A stretch of 62,630 nucleotides of DNA from Roseobacter sp. (GCA_018500125.2 JAHBAM020000048.1:1-62630); one strand, 5' to 3'. Shown: positions 30,889 to 41,861, counted from the first letter of the stretch. Translations and numbers: made by a program. Notes: generated from the letters alone by a model not told the origin.

Positions 30889-31393
30889 CGCGCCGCTGCG
30901 GCATCAGGAAATGCCCGGTGCCCTGCGCAAAGATACGGTTGCGATTGTCCTGCCAGGCCTCGACATGAACACTGGCATAGCGCCGCCCCGACCGGTTCAC
31001 CTTGGCGCGCGCATAGGCGTCGCGCGGCAGGCCCGTGCGCAGATAATCAATGGTAAAGTCGATGGTTTTGGGCAGCCGCGGCAAATGCCCTTTGACAACC
31101 TCCTCGGCGTCCATCTCGCCGCGCTCGATCTCTTCCCAAAGATGCGCCCAGCCCAGCCCGATGACGGCCGCCACTTCCATAAACCCCGAAATCGCCCCGC
31201 CATGCAGCGCCGGCAACATAGGGTTGCCAATCAGCTTGTCATCATAGGGCAATATCGCGGTCAGCTCGTCGCCCCTGCGGTCAAATTCGATCCCCATAAA
31301 GGTGATATAAGGCACGCCATGCACCAAAGCGCTCAGGGCCGCATCACGGCGCTGTTTGATCACCTGCACAGGCTCGGGGCGTTTGTAGGCCAT
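30881..31393 (-). CDS. PaaI family thioesterase
   Basis: IGNP.LPALHGG, KTIDFTIDYLR; start at ATG 31393. Confidence 0.88.
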   Translation of the reverse strand: MAYKRPEPVQVIKQRRDAALSALVHGVPYITFMGIEFDRRGDELTAILPYDDKLIGNPMLPALHGGAISGFMEVAAVIGLGWAHLWEEIERGEMDAEEVVKGHLPRLPKTIDFTIDYLRTGLPRDAYARAKVNRSGRRYASVHVEAWQDNRNRIFAQGTGHFLMPQRRDG

Positions 31394-31395
31394 GC

Positions 31396-31809
31396 TCAGC
31401 GCTCCACCGTAAAGGCCCCCGTGGCCGTGGCCACCGGGTTGTCTTTGTCGTCGTCGCTCGCCGTGGCCCGCACAAAGGCCACCGAGCGGGTGATGTGATA
31501 GCAATGCGCCTCCGTGGCGATGGTCTGCCCCGGCGTGGCCCGGCGCATATAGTCGATGCGCAAATCAATCGTCGCCGTGCCCGCCGGGCTGCTCGGATGG
31601 CTCATCGCCGCCGCCCCGCAGCAGGTATCCATCAGCGCCGAAACCGCCCCGCCATGAATCACCCCTGTCTCGGGATCGCCCACAAGCGCGGGCGCATAGG
31701 GCATTTCGATCCGCGCATAGCCCTCTCCGATATCGGTCAGCTCCATGCCCAGCGCGCGGCTGTGCGGGATCGCAGAGATAAACTGCTTGGCGATTTTGGC
31801 TTTGTCCAT
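31396..31809 (-). CDS. PaaI family thioesterase
   Basis: VGDP.TGVIHGG..ALMD, ATIDLRIDYMR; start at ATG 31809. Confidence 0.88.
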   Translation of the reverse strand: MDKAKIAKQFISAIPHSRALGMELTDIGEGYARIEMPYAPALVGDPETGVIHGGAVSALMDTCCGAAAMSHPSSPAGTATIDLRIDYMRRATPGQTIATEAHCYHITRSVAFVRATASDDDKDNPVATATGAFTVER

Positions 31810-32014
31810 GTGGCACTTGCTCCATCGGGCCGTTGGCCTCGTTTTGCGGCATACTTCCAGAGCAATGCCCCCTGTGCAAGCCGTATCGCGCCGCCCCCTC
31901 TTGCACCTTTCCCTGACGGCCAGACCGCGCGCACGCGCTCTGCGCCCCTCCCGAGATTGTCTCACTTGTGTCTTTTGCCCGACCGCCCTAGGGTCCGCGG
32001 CAAGGAGACACGGC

Positions 32015-32392
32015 ATGACGGACACACGGCTCAACTTCAAAGATATGTGCGCCAAATTTGATGTAACCCCGCGCACCTTGCGCTATTATGAATATATCGA
32101 ATTGCTCCAGCCCGAGCGCGATGGCCGGGCGCGGTTTTACTCCGCCCGCGAGATCGCACGCATGACGCTGATCATGCGGGGCCGCCGCTGGGGTTTTCCG
32201 CTCGAAGACATCCGCCAGTTCCTGCTTGTCTACGAGGAGCACGGCACCAAAGCCCAGCTCCAACACTGGATCGATATGGCCGATGGCAAGCTTGTCGAGC
32301 TTGAGCAGCAACGCCGCGATCTAGAAACAGCCATAGAAGAGCTGACAGAAAACCGCCGCGAAACGCTGGAATCGCTCGACACCAAAAAGTGA
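32015..32392 (+). CDS. MerR family regulator (LiuR-like)
   Basis: FDVTPRTLRYYE, RGRRWGFPLEDI; GGAG RBS upstream of ATG 32015. Confidence 0.9.
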   Translation: MTDTRLNFKDMCAKFDVTPRTLRYYEYIELLQPERDGRARFYSAREIARMTLIMRGRRWGFPLEDIRQFLLVYEEHGTKAQLQHWIDMADGKLVELEQQRRDLETAIEELTENRRETLESLDTKK

Positions 32393-32403
32393 CGTAACGT
32401 ATT

Positions 32404-32421
32404 CCTTACGTCAACGTAAAG
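32404..32421. promoter_or_regulatory. LiuR-type palindromic operator
   Basis: TTACGT-CA-ACGTAA palindrome between the two MerR genes, resembling the LiuR motif. Confidence 0.7.
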
Positions 32422-32487
32422 TTCCCCTTGAATGCGTCGCACCCGCTTTGCATCTAAACATCATGCGTTCCCAAACGAGATGTTTTT

Positions 32488-32895
32488 ATGGCTGACACAG
32501 ACCGACTGATGACAATCCGAGAAATGTGCGACACCTACGGGGTGACTCCGCGCACCCTGCGCTTTTATGAGGCAAAAGAGCTTCTTGCGCCGCACCGGGA
32601 GGGCCAGAAACGGCTTTTCACCCGACGCGACCGCGCCCGCCTCACCCTGATTTTGCGCGGCAAACGCTTTGGCTTTTCCCTCGAAGAGATCCGCCAGTTG
32701 CTCGAGCTTTATAACATGGGCGACCAGCAACAGACCCAGCTCGCCCGCACCTTTGCCATCGCTCAGGAGCGCCTTGCCGATATGGAGCGCCAGCGCGACG
32801 AGCTGAACGCCGCCATCGCAGATCTGGCCGAACAGATCGGCGAAGTCGCAAAGACCCTCGCCGATATGGCCGAAGGCAAAAACGCCGCCGAATAA
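32488..32895 (+). CDS. MerR family regulator (LiuR-like)
   Basis: [26 protein letters not shown]. Confidence 0.92.
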   Translation: MADTDRLMTIREMCDTYGVTPRTLRFYEAKELLAPHREGQKRLFTRRDRARLTLILRGKRFGFSLEEIRQLLELYNMGDQQQTQLARTFAIAQERLADMERQRDELNAAIADLAEQIGEVAKTLADMAEGKNAAE

Positions 32896-32935
32896 GCCCC
32901 GACAGACCCAATTTCAGACGTCACGGAGACAGCAG

Positions 32936-34711
32936 ATGCCCAGTTACACCGCCCCCGTTAAAGACCTTCAGTTCGTTTTGCACGAGGTTCTCAAAGCCAG
33001 CACCAGCGATATCACCGGATATAGCGAGCTTGAGCCGGAGTTCACAGCCGCTGTTCTGGAAGAGGCCGGCAAACTCTGCTCTGACGTTCTCGCGCCGCTG
33101 AATGCCGTGGGCGACAAAGAGGGCTGCGCGCTTGAAAACGGCGTGGTGCGCGTCCCCACGGGCTTCAAAGACGCCTTTGATCAGGTCCGCGCCGGCGGCT
33201 GGACCGGGCTTGATATGCCCGAAGACTACGGCGGCCAGAATATGCCCTATCTGCTCGGCACAGCGGTCGGCGAGCTGTTCTCCGGCGCCAATCAGGCTTT
33301 CACAATGTATCAGGGCCTGACCCACGGCGCCGCTTCGGCCATCCTCGCCCATGGCACAGAGGCGCAGAAAAATACCTATCTGCCCAAAATGGTGAGCTGT
33401 GAATGGACCGGCACCATGAACCTGACCGAGCCACACTGTGGCACCGATCTGGGCCTCATGCGCACCAAAGCCGAGCCTCAGGCCGATGGCAGCTTCAAGC
33501 TCACAGGGCAGAAAATCTTTATTTCCTCGGGCGAACACGAGATGGCCGACAATATCATCCATCTCGTTCTCGCCAAAATCCCCGGTGGCCCGGACGGGAT
33601 CAAAGGGGTGTCGCTCTTCATCGTGCCAAAGTTCATCGTCAACGAAGATGGCACCCCCGGCGCGCGCAACGGCGTCAGCTGTGGCGCTCTGGAAGAGAAA
33701 ATGGGCATTCACGGCAACGCGACCTGCGTGATGAATTATGACGCGGCCACGGGCTATCTGCTCGGCACCGAGCACAAAGGGATGCGCGCTATGTTCACCA
33801 TGATGAACGAAGCCCGCATCGGTGTCGGGATGCAGGGTCTGGCCCAGGCCGAAGCCGCCTATCAGAACGCGGTGATCTACGCCAAAGACCGCCTCCAGGG
33901 CCGCGATGTCACCGGCGTGAAAAACCCCGACGGCCCCGCCGACCCGCTGATTGTGCACCCCGATGTGCGCCGGATGCTGATGGATCAGAAAAGCTTCATC
34001 GAGGGCGCGCGCGCCTTTATCCTCTGGGGGTCCTCGCTGATTGATGCCGCCCACCGCGAAGGCGACAAAGACGCCGACGGGCTGATCTCTCTCATGACCC
34101 CTGTGGTCAAAGGCTTCCTCACAGATGTCGGCTATGACATGACCGTGCAGGCCCAGCAAATTTACGGTGGCCACGGCTATATCGAAGAATGGGGAATGTC
34201 CCAGTTCACCCGCGATGCGCGCATTGCCATGATCTATGAAGGCGCCAACGGCGTTCAGGCGCTCGATCTGGTGGGGCGCAAGCTCGCACAGGACGGCGGC
34301 AAACACGTCATGGCCTTCTTTGAGATGGTCAAGAGCTTCTGCGCCGAGCAAAAGGATGTCGCCGGCATGGAGCCGTTCGTCGCGCCGCTCAAAACAGCCT
34401 CCAAGGACCTTCAGGCCGCAGGGATGTTCTTTATGCAAAACGGCATGAAAAACCCCAACGCCGCGCTCGCCGGCTCGACCGACTTCATGCATATGATGGG
34501 CCATGTCTGCTTGGGCCTGATGTGGGCGCGCATGGCCCGCGCCAGCCTTGATGCCCTCGCGTCATCCCCCGCTGACGCAGCGTTCTACGAGACGAAGCTC
34601 GCCACAGGCCGTTACTATATGGCACGCCGCTTGCCTGCGACGGCGCTGCATCTGACCCGGATCCAAAGCGGAGCAGACAGCGTCATGGCCCTGGGCGAAG
34701 ACCAGTTCTGA
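32936..34711 (+). CDS. Acyl-CoA dehydrogenase with C-terminal extension (DmdC-like clade)
   Basis: TMNLTEP, GQKIFIS, KMGIHG, MMNEAR, GGHGYI, IYEGANG; 591 aa. Confidence 0.92.
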   Translation: MPSYTAPVKDLQFVLHEVLKASTSDITGYSELEPEFTAAVLEEAGKLCSDVLAPLNAVGDKEGCALENGVVRVPTGFKDAFDQVRAGGWTGLDMPEDYGGQNMPYLLGTAVGELFSGANQAFTMYQGLTHGAASAILAHGTEAQKNTYLPKMVSCEWTGTMNLTEPHCGTDLGLMRTKAEPQADGSFKLTGQKIFISSGEHEMADNIIHLVLAKIPGGPDGIKGVSLFIVPKFIVNEDGTPGARNGVSCGALEEKMGIHGNATCVMNYDAATGYLLGTEHKGMRAMFTMMNEARIGVGMQGLAQAEAAYQNAVIYAKDRLQGRDVTGVKNPDGPADPLIVHPDVRRMLMDQKSFIEGARAFILWGSSLIDAAHREGDKDADGLISLMTPVVKGFLTDVGYDMTVQAQQIYGGHGYIEEWGMSQFTRDARIAMIYEGANGVQALDLVGRKLAQDGGKHVMAFFEMVKSFCAEQKDVAGMEPFVAPLKTASKDLQAAGMFFMQNGMKNPNAALAGSTDFMHMMGHVCLGLMWARMARASLDALASSPADAAFYETKLATGRYYMARRLPATALHLTRIQSGADSVMALGEDQF

Positions 34712-34735
34712 CGTTTCAAAAAGGAGCCTTGCCCA

Positions 34736-34948
34736 ATGCCAAAACGCTTCCGCCTGACCCGCCGCTTTCCCGCCGCCATGACGGAAGACGGCTATCGCAG
34801 GCTCAAGCGGTTCGCCTCCGACGCGGGGCTGGACGAGGGCGAGGCGCTGAGTTTTCTGTTTGAAAACTTTGAAAGCGTGATGAACCACGAAAACCTGACA
34901 GCGCGCCTGCGGCTCTTCAATTCGGAGCTGGACGCGCGCAAAAGATAA
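34736..34948 (+). CDS. Small hypothetical protein, possible ribbon-helix-helix
   Basis: AGGAG RBS at 34722-34726; fills the gap between two ACAD genes on the same strand. Confidence 0.7.
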   Translation: MPKRFRLTRRFPAAMTEDGYRRLKRFASDAGLDEGEALSFLFENFESVMNHENLTARLRLFNSELDARKR

Positions 34949-34972
34949 ATTCTTCTGGGGAGGAGACAGACT

Positions 34973-36112
34973 ATGGCTTCCGCGTGGATGACCGAAGAAC
35001 ATCAAATGATCGCCGATATGACGCGCAAATTCATCACCGAGGAATGGATGCCGCGCTATGACACATGGCGCAAACAGGGCGAAATGGACCGCTCCACATG
35101 GAACGAAGCCGGCGCGCTCGGCCTCCTTTGCCCCTCGATCCCCGAAGAATACGGCGGCGCTGGCGGCGACTTCGGCCATGAAGCCGCAATCCTGATCGAA
35201 GCCTCCCGCGCCAATCTCGCAAGCTGGGGCAATGGCATTCACTCGGGCATCGTCGCCCATTACATCCTCGCCTATGGCTCTGAAGAGCAGAAAAAGCGCT
35301 GGCTCCCCAAAATGGTCTCCGGCGAAATGGTCGGCGCGCTGGCCATGACAGAGCCGTCAGGCGGCTCCGATGTGCAGCGCCTCAAAACCCGCGCCATCAA
35401 GGACGGCAACGCCTACCGCCTCACCGGCTCGAAAACCTTTATCACCAACGGCCAACACGCCGATCTGATCATCGTGGCGGCCAAAACCGACCCCAAGGAA
35501 GGCTCCAAAGGCACCTCGCTGATCGTGGTGGAGACAGAAAACGCCGAGGGCTTCTCGCGGGGCCGCAACCTCGAGAAAATCGGCTGCCACGCCGCCGATA
35601 CCTCCGAGCTGTTCTTTGACAATGTCGAAATCCCGCCCGAAAACCTGCTCGGCGGTCAGGAAGGTCAGGGCTTTTACCAGATGATGAACCAGCTCCCCCA
35701 GGAGCGACTGATCATCGGCTGCGGCGCAGTCGGCGCCATGCAAGGCGCCCTCGAGCGCACGATCGACTATTGCCGCGAGCGCGAGGCCTTCGGCGGTCCG
35801 ATCATGCAGTTCCAGAACACCCGCTTCAAACTCGCCGAATGCAAAACCAAACTCACAGTCGCCCGCGCCTTCCTCGATGATTGCATGAGCGAGCACCTGC
35901 GCGGCGCGCTGAGCGTCGAAAAAGCCGCCATGGCCAAATACTGGCTCACCGACACCCAGGGCGAAGTGCTTGACGAATGCGTCCAGCTCCACGGCGGCTA
36001 TGGCTATATGCAAGAATACGCCGTCGCCGAAATGTGGGCCGATGCCCGCGTCCAGCGGATCTACGGGGGCACCAATGAAATCATGAAAGAGCTGATCTCC
36101 AGAAACCTCTGA
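34973..36112 (+). CDS. Acyl-CoA dehydrogenase family protein
   Basis: [34 protein letters not shown]. Confidence 0.95.
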   Translation: MASAWMTEEHQMIADMTRKFITEEWMPRYDTWRKQGEMDRSTWNEAGALGLLCPSIPEEYGGAGGDFGHEAAILIEASRANLASWGNGIHSGIVAHYILAYGSEEQKKRWLPKMVSGEMVGALAMTEPSGGSDVQRLKTRAIKDGNAYRLTGSKTFITNGQHADLIIVAAKTDPKEGSKGTSLIVVETENAEGFSRGRNLEKIGCHAADTSELFFDNVEIPPENLLGGQEGQGFYQMMNQLPQERLIIGCGAVGAMQGALERTIDYCREREAFGGPIMQFQNTRFKLAECKTKLTVARAFLDDCMSEHLRGALSVEKAAMAKYWLTDTQGEVLDECVQLHGGYGYMQEYAVAEMWADARVQRIYGGTNEIMKELISRNL

Positions 36113-36142
36113 CTGTCTTGACCGACCCTCTTTTCTGACTGT

Positions 36143-36195
36143 CTTTTTTATTGCCCAAAATATCCTGCGGGGGTCTGGGGGTGCAAAACCCCCAG
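36143..36195 (-). repeat. Dispersed hairpin intergenic element, copy B (short, diverged)
   Basis: Minus strand CTGGGGG-TTTTGCA-CCCCCAG then CCGCAGGATATTTTGGGCAATAAAAAAG. Confidence 0.6.
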
Positions 36196-36221
36196 CCCCG
36201 CCAGCCCAAAAGGACCAAGCC

Positions 36222-36854
36222 ATGACGATCAAACTCCACTGCTTCGGCGAAAGCGGCAACGCCTACAAAGCCGCGCTCGCGCTTGAACTGTCCGGCCTTG
36301 ACTGGGAGCCGGTCTATGTCGATTTCTTCGGCGGGGCCGCGCGCACGCCCGAGTGGCGCGCCAAAAACGTGATGGGCGAAGCCCCGGTGATGGAAGACGG
36401 CGACATCCGCCTCACGCAATCCGGCGTGATCCAGCAATACATCACGGACAAATCCGGCAAGTTCGGCGGTGCTGCGGAGGACAAATACGAGGTCCTGCGC
36501 TGGGTGCTCTGGGACAATCACAAAATGTCCTCCCAAGCCGGCGTCACCCGCTTTCTGATGAACTTTCTGCCCGAAGACAAACGCCCCCAAGAGGTCATCG
36601 GCTTTCTTCAAGGTCGCCTCAAAGGCGCCTATGCCACACTGGATGCCCACCTTGAGGGCCGCGACTATATCGTCGGGCCGGGCCTCACAAACGCCGATCT
36701 CTCAAACTGCGGCTACCTGTTTTATCCCGAACCCTTCGGGTTCACCCGCGCCGACTGGCCCAATATCGACCGCTGGCTCGCCAATATCGAAAACACCGCA
36801 GGGTTCAAATACCCCTATGATCTCATGCCCGGCAGCCCCGCTGACCGCGCCTAA
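36222..36854 (+). CDS. Glutathione S-transferase family protein
   Basis: SGNAYK, GEAPV, LTQSGVI, T.ADL N-capping motif. Confidence 0.9.
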   Translation: MTIKLHCFGESGNAYKAALALELSGLDWEPVYVDFFGGAARTPEWRAKNVMGEAPVMEDGDIRLTQSGVIQQYITDKSGKFGGAAEDKYEVLRWVLWDNHKMSSQAGVTRFLMNFLPEDKRPQEVIGFLQGRLKGAYATLDAHLEGRDYIVGPGLTNADLSNCGYLFYPEPFGFTRADWPNIDRWLANIENTAGFKYPYDLMPGSPADRA

Positions 36855-36881
36855 ATTCTTGCGAACGACAGGAGTCTCATC

Positions 36882-38093
36882 ATGACCGAAGCCTATATCT
36901 ATGACGCCGTGCGCACGCCCCGCGGCAAGGGCCGCAAAGACGGCAGCCTGCACGAAGTCTCCGCCGCGCGGCTCTCTGCTGTGGCGCTCAACGCCCTCAA
37001 AGAGCGCAACGGCCTTGACGGCCACGCCGTTGAAGATGTGATCTGGGGCAATGTCACCCAAGTCGCCGAGCAGGGTGCCTGTCTGGCGCGCACCGCCGTT
37101 CTGGCTTCCGATCTGGATGAAAGCATCCCCGGCCTCTCGATCAACCGCTTCTGCGCCTCGGGCCTTGAGGCGGTCAATCTCGCGGCCAATCAGGTGCGCG
37201 GCGGCGCAGGCAACGGCTATATCGCCGGCGGCGTCGAATGTATGAGCCGCGTGCCCATGGGCAGTGACGGTGGCGCGATCGCGATTGATCCAGCCATCGC
37301 GATTGACAATTACTTCGTGCCACAAGGCATCTCTGCTGACATCATCGCAACCAAATATGGCTTCACCCGCGACATGGCCGACGCCATGGCCGTGGAGAGC
37401 CAGAAGCGCGCCAAAGCGGCGTGGGATGCGGGCCACTTCTCCCGCTCCGTCGTGCCTGTTTACGATGTCAACGGCCTGCCCATTCTGGCCTATGACGAGT
37501 TCATGCGCCCCGAAACCGATATGCAAAGCCTCGGCGCTCTGACCCCCTCGTTCAAGCAAATGGGCGAGGTCATGCCCGGCTTTGACAAGATCGCGATCCT
37601 GAAATACCCCGAGCTTGAGCGCATCCATCACATTCACCACGCCGGCAACAGCTCGGGCATCGTCGATGGCGCAGCCGCTGTGCTCATCGGCAACAAAGAG
37701 CTGGGCGAGGCGCTCGGCCTCAAGCCGCGCGCGCGCATCCGCGCCACCGCCAAAATCGGCACAGACCCGACCATCATGCTCACAGGCCCCGTGCCGGTGA
37801 CAGAGAAAATCCTGCGCGAAAGCGGCATGGGCATCGGCGACATCGATCTCTTTGAAGTCAACGAAGCCTTCGCCTCGGTGGTGATGCGCTTTGAGCAGGC
37901 TTTTGATGTCGATCACGCCCGCGTCAACGTCAACGGCGGCTCGATTGCCATGGGCCACCCTTTGGGCGCGACCGGGGCGATGATCCTCTCGGCCCTGCTG
38001 GATGAGCTGGAGCGCAGCGACAAGGAGACCGGCCTCGCCACGCTCTGCATCGGCTCCGGCATGGGCGCCGCAACCATCATCGAGCGGGTCTGA
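36882..38093 (+). CDS. Acetyl-CoA C-acyltransferase (thiolase)
   Basis: [26 protein letters not shown]. Confidence 0.96.
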   Translation: MTEAYIYDAVRTPRGKGRKDGSLHEVSAARLSAVALNALKERNGLDGHAVEDVIWGNVTQVAEQGACLARTAVLASDLDESIPGLSINRFCASGLEAVNLAANQVRGGAGNGYIAGGVECMSRVPMGSDGGAIAIDPAIAIDNYFVPQGISADIIATKYGFTRDMADAMAVESQKRAKAAWDAGHFSRSVVPVYDVNGLPILAYDEFMRPETDMQSLGALTPSFKQMGEVMPGFDKIAILKYPELERIHHIHHAGNSSGIVDGAAAVLIGNKELGEALGLKPRARIRATAKIGTDPTIMLTGPVPVTEKILRESGMGIGDIDLFEVNEAFASVVMRFEQAFDVDHARVNVNGGSIAMGHPLGATGAMILSALLDELERSDKETGLATLCIGSGMGAATIIERV

Positions 38094-38102
38094 GGGCGGC
38101 GG

Positions 38103-38573
38103 ATGCTCAGCCCGAAAGACATATACCAAGCGCAACTTGACGAACTCGGACAGGCGTATTGGGACATGGATTTTTCCAAAGTGCTGGATATGATCCATTT
38201 CCCGAGCTTCGTGGAAACCGACGATCTGACGTTGCACTTGCCAGATCGGGAGTCCTATTTGGCGTCCCTCATAAGCCAGCGCGACAACCTTACCATGCGC
38301 GGGGCCACAGCCTATCACCGGATTTGCCGTGACGCTGTTGTGGCACATGATGATCCGCACCGCATCGAAGGCATTCACGAGGTCTATGCGCTGCAAGGCG
38401 CGACCCTTGTGATGGATCCCTACCTGACCCAAATGTCGCTGGTTTACAAAAACGGAGCATGGCTCTGCACCGGGCTGCGCTCGGCCACCACAAACAAAAA
38501 CCTGAAAATCGTCAAACACCCAGAGCCGACCACAGGCTCACCGGCCGCTGAAGCCGCGTTAAAGGAGACTTAA
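38103..38573 (+). CDS. Hypothetical protein, possibly NTF2/SnoaL-like fold
   Basis: 156-aa ORF exactly filling the thiolase-to-multifunctional-enzyme gap; helix then beta pattern ending KNGAWL. Confidence 0.65.
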   Translation: MLSPKDIYQAQLDELGQAYWDMDFSKVLDMIHFPSFVETDDLTLHLPDRESYLASLISQRDNLTMRGATAYHRICRDAVVAHDDPHRIEGIHEVYALQGATLVMDPYLTQMSLVYKNGAWLCTGLRSATTNKNLKIVKHPEPTTGSPAAEAALKET

Positions 38574-38575
38574 AC

Positions 38576-40774
38576 ATGAGTGATTTTACCCTCGCAAAAG
38601 ACGCCCAAGGCATCGCCACCATCACATGGGACACGGCTGGAAAGTCGATGAATGTGATGAGCATCCAGGGCTTTTCCGATCTGTCCGATCTCGTCGATGA
38701 CGCCCTCGCAGATGACGCCGTCAAAGGCATCATCATCACCTCGGGCAAAGACGGCAGCTTTGCCGGCGGCATGGACCTCAATGTCATCGCCAAAATGAAA
38801 GACGACGCCGGTGACGAGCCTGCCAAGGGCCTCTTTGAGGGCGTCATGGGAATGCACGCCGTTTTGCGCAAGATCGAACGCGCCGGCATGGACCCCAAGA
38901 CAAACAAGGGCGGCAAGCCGATCGCCTGCGTCATGCCGGGCACAGCCCTCGGCATCGGGTTTGAAATTCCCCTCGCCTGCCACCGCACCTTTGTCGCCAA
39001 CAACCCCAAGGCCAAGATCGGCCTGCCCGAAATCATGGTCGGCATCTTCCCCGGCGCAGGCGGCACCACCCGCCTCGTGCGCAAGCTCGGCGCAATGGCC
39101 GCCGCCCCCTTCCTGTTGCAAGGCAAGCTCTCTGATCCGGCGCGCGCCAAGCAAGCCGGCCTGATTGACGAAGTGTCAGATGATCCCATGTCAGACGCCC
39201 GCGCCTGGGTGCTCTCCGAGCCGAATATCGTCAAGCCCTGGGATGAAAAGGGCTATAAAATGCCCGGCGGCACGCCCTATCACCCCGCCGGCTTCATGAC
39301 ATTCCTCGGTGCCTCCGTCATGGTGCATTCCGAAACCCAAGGCGCATTTCCCGCCGCCAAGGCGCTGCTCTCGGCGGTCTATGAAGGCGCGCTCGTGCCC
39401 TTTGACACCGCCCTCAAGATCGAGACCCGCTGGTTCGTCCACACTCTGATGAATCCAAGCTCCGCCGCCATGATCCGCTCGCTCTTTATCAACAAGGAAG
39501 CGCTCGACAAAGGCGCCGTGCGCCCCGCCGATGTGCCTGACCAGCGCGTCAAAAAGCTCGGCGTTCTCGGCGCGGGCATGATGGGCGCAGGCATCGCCCT
39601 TGTCTCGGCCCAAGCCGGCATCGAGGTTGTGCTGATCGACCGCGACCAAGCGAGCGCCGACAAAGGCAAAGCCTATACGGCGACCTACATGGACAAAGGC
39701 ATCGCCCGCAAAAAGGCCACGCCTGAGAAGAAAGAGGAGATGCTCGCGCGCATCACCGCCACCGCCGACTTGGACGCGCTCAAAGACTGTGATCTGATCA
39801 TCGAGGCGGTGTTTGAAGACCCGGCCGTCAAAGCCGAGATGACCAAAAAGGTCGAAGCCGTGATCCCCAAGGATTGCATCTTCGCCTCCAATACCTCGAC
39901 CCTGCCGATCACCGATCTGGCCCGCGCCAGCGTGCGCCCTGAGCAGTTCATCGGTATCCACTTCTTCTCGCCCGTCGAGAAAATGTTGCTGGTCGAGATC
40001 ATCAAGGGCGCAGAGACAGGCGACCGCGCCGTTGCCAAGGCCCTCGATTATGTCCGCCAGATCCGCAAAACCCCGATCGTGGTCAATGATGCGCGCTTCT
40101 TCTATGCCAACCGCTGCATCATCCCCTATATCAACGAGGGGCTGCGGATGCTCACCGAGGGGGTCGCGCCTTCGCTGATCGACAACGCCGCGCGCCAGCT
40201 CGGTTTCCCCGTCGGCCCGCTTCAGCTCAATGACGAAACTTCGATTGATCTGGGCGCAAAAATCGCCCGCGCCACCAAAGCTGCGATGGGTGCCGAGTAT
40301 CCCGACAGCCCCGCGGATGATCTTATCTTCTGGCTCGAAGCCGAAGGCCGCTTGGGCCGCAAGGCCAACGCCGGCTTCTTTGACTATGACGAAAAAGGCA
40401 AGCGCACAGGCTTCTGGCCGGGCTTGGGCGAGAAATACCCCCTCGCCAAAGAGCAACCGAGCCTCATCGAGGTGCAAGAGCGCCTCATGTTCGCTCAGGT
40501 GCTTGAGGCCGTGCGCGCGCTGCAAGAGGGCGTGCTCATGGACATCCGCGAAGGCGATGTCGGCGCGATCCTTGCTTGGGGCTTTGCGCCATGGTCCGGC
40601 GGCCCGCTGTCCTGGCTCGACATGATCGGAACACCCTATGCCGCCGAGCGCACAGCCGAGCTTGCCGCCCAATACGGCCCGCGCTTTGCGACACCGGCCC
40701 TGCTTGAAGAAATGGCGCAAAAGGGTCAGAGTTTCTACAGCCGCTTTGCGCCCAAGGCCGACAAAGCAGCCTGA
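38576..40774 (+). CDS. Multifunctional enoyl-CoA hydratase/3-hydroxyacyl-CoA dehydrogenase (FadB/FadJ-like)
   Basis: GGMDL, GLPE...PGAGGT, GAGMMG, IEAVFE, SNTSTL, HFFSPV. Confidence 0.95.
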   Translation: MSDFTLAKDAQGIATITWDTAGKSMNVMSIQGFSDLSDLVDDALADDAVKGIIITSGKDGSFAGGMDLNVIAKMKDDAGDEPAKGLFEGVMGMHAVLRKIERAGMDPKTNKGGKPIACVMPGTALGIGFEIPLACHRTFVANNPKAKIGLPEIMVGIFPGAGGTTRLVRKLGAMAAAPFLLQGKLSDPARAKQAGLIDEVSDDPMSDARAWVLSEPNIVKPWDEKGYKMPGGTPYHPAGFMTFLGASVMVHSETQGAFPAAKALLSAVYEGALVPFDTALKIETRWFVHTLMNPSSAAMIRSLFINKEALDKGAVRPADVPDQRVKKLGVLGAGMMGAGIALVSAQAGIEVVLIDRDQASADKGKAYTATYMDKGIARKKATPEKKEEMLARITATADLDALKDCDLIIEAVFEDPAVKAEMTKKVEAVIPKDCIFASNTSTLPITDLARASVRPEQFIGIHFFSPVEKMLLVEIIKGAETGDRAVAKALDYVRQIRKTPIVVNDARFFYANRCIIPYINEGLRMLTEGVAPSLIDNAARQLGFPVGPLQLNDETSIDLGAKIARATKAAMGAEYPDSPADDLIFWLEAEGRLGRKANAGFFDYDEKGKRTGFWPGLGEKYPLAKEQPSLIEVQERLMFAQVLEAVRALQEGVLMDIREGDVGAILAWGFAPWSGGPLSWLDMIGTPYAAERTAELAAQYGPRFATPALLEEMAQKGQSFYSRFAPKADKAA

Positions 40775-40782
40775 AGACTAGC

Positions 40783-40814
40783 GAGCGGGTGCACCCCCTC
40801 AGGCGCACCCGCTC
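40783..40814. terminator. Hairpin after the beta-oxidation operon (terminator or REP-like)
   Basis: GAGCGGGTGC-N12-GCACCCGCTC, 8 nt after the stop; no U-tract. Confidence 0.5.
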
Positions 40815-41204
40815 TACTGTGACCGGACGTTGCAAACGCAAGACTCTTGCGAGCCGGGGATTACAAAGCGCAGCATTGCACAGGCACAGATACCTGCCGA
40901 ACGCCGCGCAAAACAAAGGAGTGCCGCCGCTTTTCGCGGCGCAGTCTGGCGTGCTGCACCAAAGGCGCACAAGCCTGTCCCCCAAGTGTCCAGCCGCTGG
41001 CAGACGGCATTTAACTCTTGATATAAAATGTCTCTGAATCCTGTTGGCGATAGGGCCAAATTAAGACAATTTCGAGGCATTTATTACCAAAACATGGCAA
41101 CAATGTGGCTAAATTGGCGTTTTTGTTTCCAATTCAGCCACAATATGACAGCCCAAACACCCCGCCCCGCTGCGTCTTCTCCCGCCCTGACGGCGCCAAG
41201 ACCT

Positions 41205-41852
41205 CTAGGAAAACCGATATCCAAAGCGCGCGATATCCTGCGCGCAAAGCTCGGCCACCGCCTCACAGGCCGGTGCCGTATAATAGCTGCGATAGTCCCG
41301 CGCCCGCGTGCTAACATTGGCCCGTGGCAGCTCAAGCTCAAAGCCCAGATGCTCCATAAGCGGCGCCGCATCCTCCTTGAAATGCTCAAGCCGGATATAA
41401 AGCGCCTCCTGCACGCGCCCCGCGCTGTCGGCCATATAGCTCTCATAGGGATGCGCCTTCAGCGGCCCCGCCACACCGGGCGCGCGCAAAAACGCATCAA
41501 ACGCCAGCCGCTTGGCCGTGGCCACAGCAGGGTGGTCAAACCTCTGCTCCCGCAGCCAGTGATAATAGCTCACCAGTCTGTCCCAAGGGTTGCGCACCAG
41601 CGTAAAGCAGAGCATCTGCTCGATCTGCGCGCCACTCACCAGCCCCTCGATGTCCGCAAGCGTCGAATGTTTCCAAAGCCGCCCACGGGCCGAAACGCCC
41701 TTAAGTGCCTTGCGCCGCTTCAGCGCCTTGGGCGTGTCGCCCAGCATCATATCGTCGCGCATCGCCCGCGCCTCAAGCGCCAGCGCAAGCGAGGTCCCGC
41801 CCGTTTTGGGAATATGCACAAAAATATAGGCGCGCCCGCGCGAAATGATCAT
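41205..41852 (-). CDS. Sulfotransferase family 2 protein
   Basis: FVHIPKTGGTS (5'-PSB loop) and VRNPWDRLVSYY (3'-PB). Confidence 0.88.
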   Translation of the reverse strand: MIISRGRAYIFVHIPKTGGTSLALALEARAMRDDMMLGDTPKALKRRKALKGVSARGRLWKHSTLADIEGLVSGAQIEQMLCFTLVRNPWDRLVSYYHWLREQRFDHPAVATAKRLAFDAFLRAPGVAGPLKAHPYESYMADSAGRVQEALYIRLEHFKEDAAPLMEHLGFELELPRANVSTRARDYRSYYTAPACEAVAELCAQDIARFGYRFS

Positions 41853-41861
41853 GCGCCAAAT

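Noticed and set aside
32921-34504. Long antisense ORFs (also 36702-38519, 39191-40720, 43053-44369, 47132-48790, 52194-53849)
   Set aside because: Shadow frames of well-supported genes in GC-rich DNA; no recognisable motifs
40789-41314. Small ORFs of 63-88 aa in the gap after the multifunctional enzyme
   Set aside because: No clear RBS, motifs or typical codon pattern
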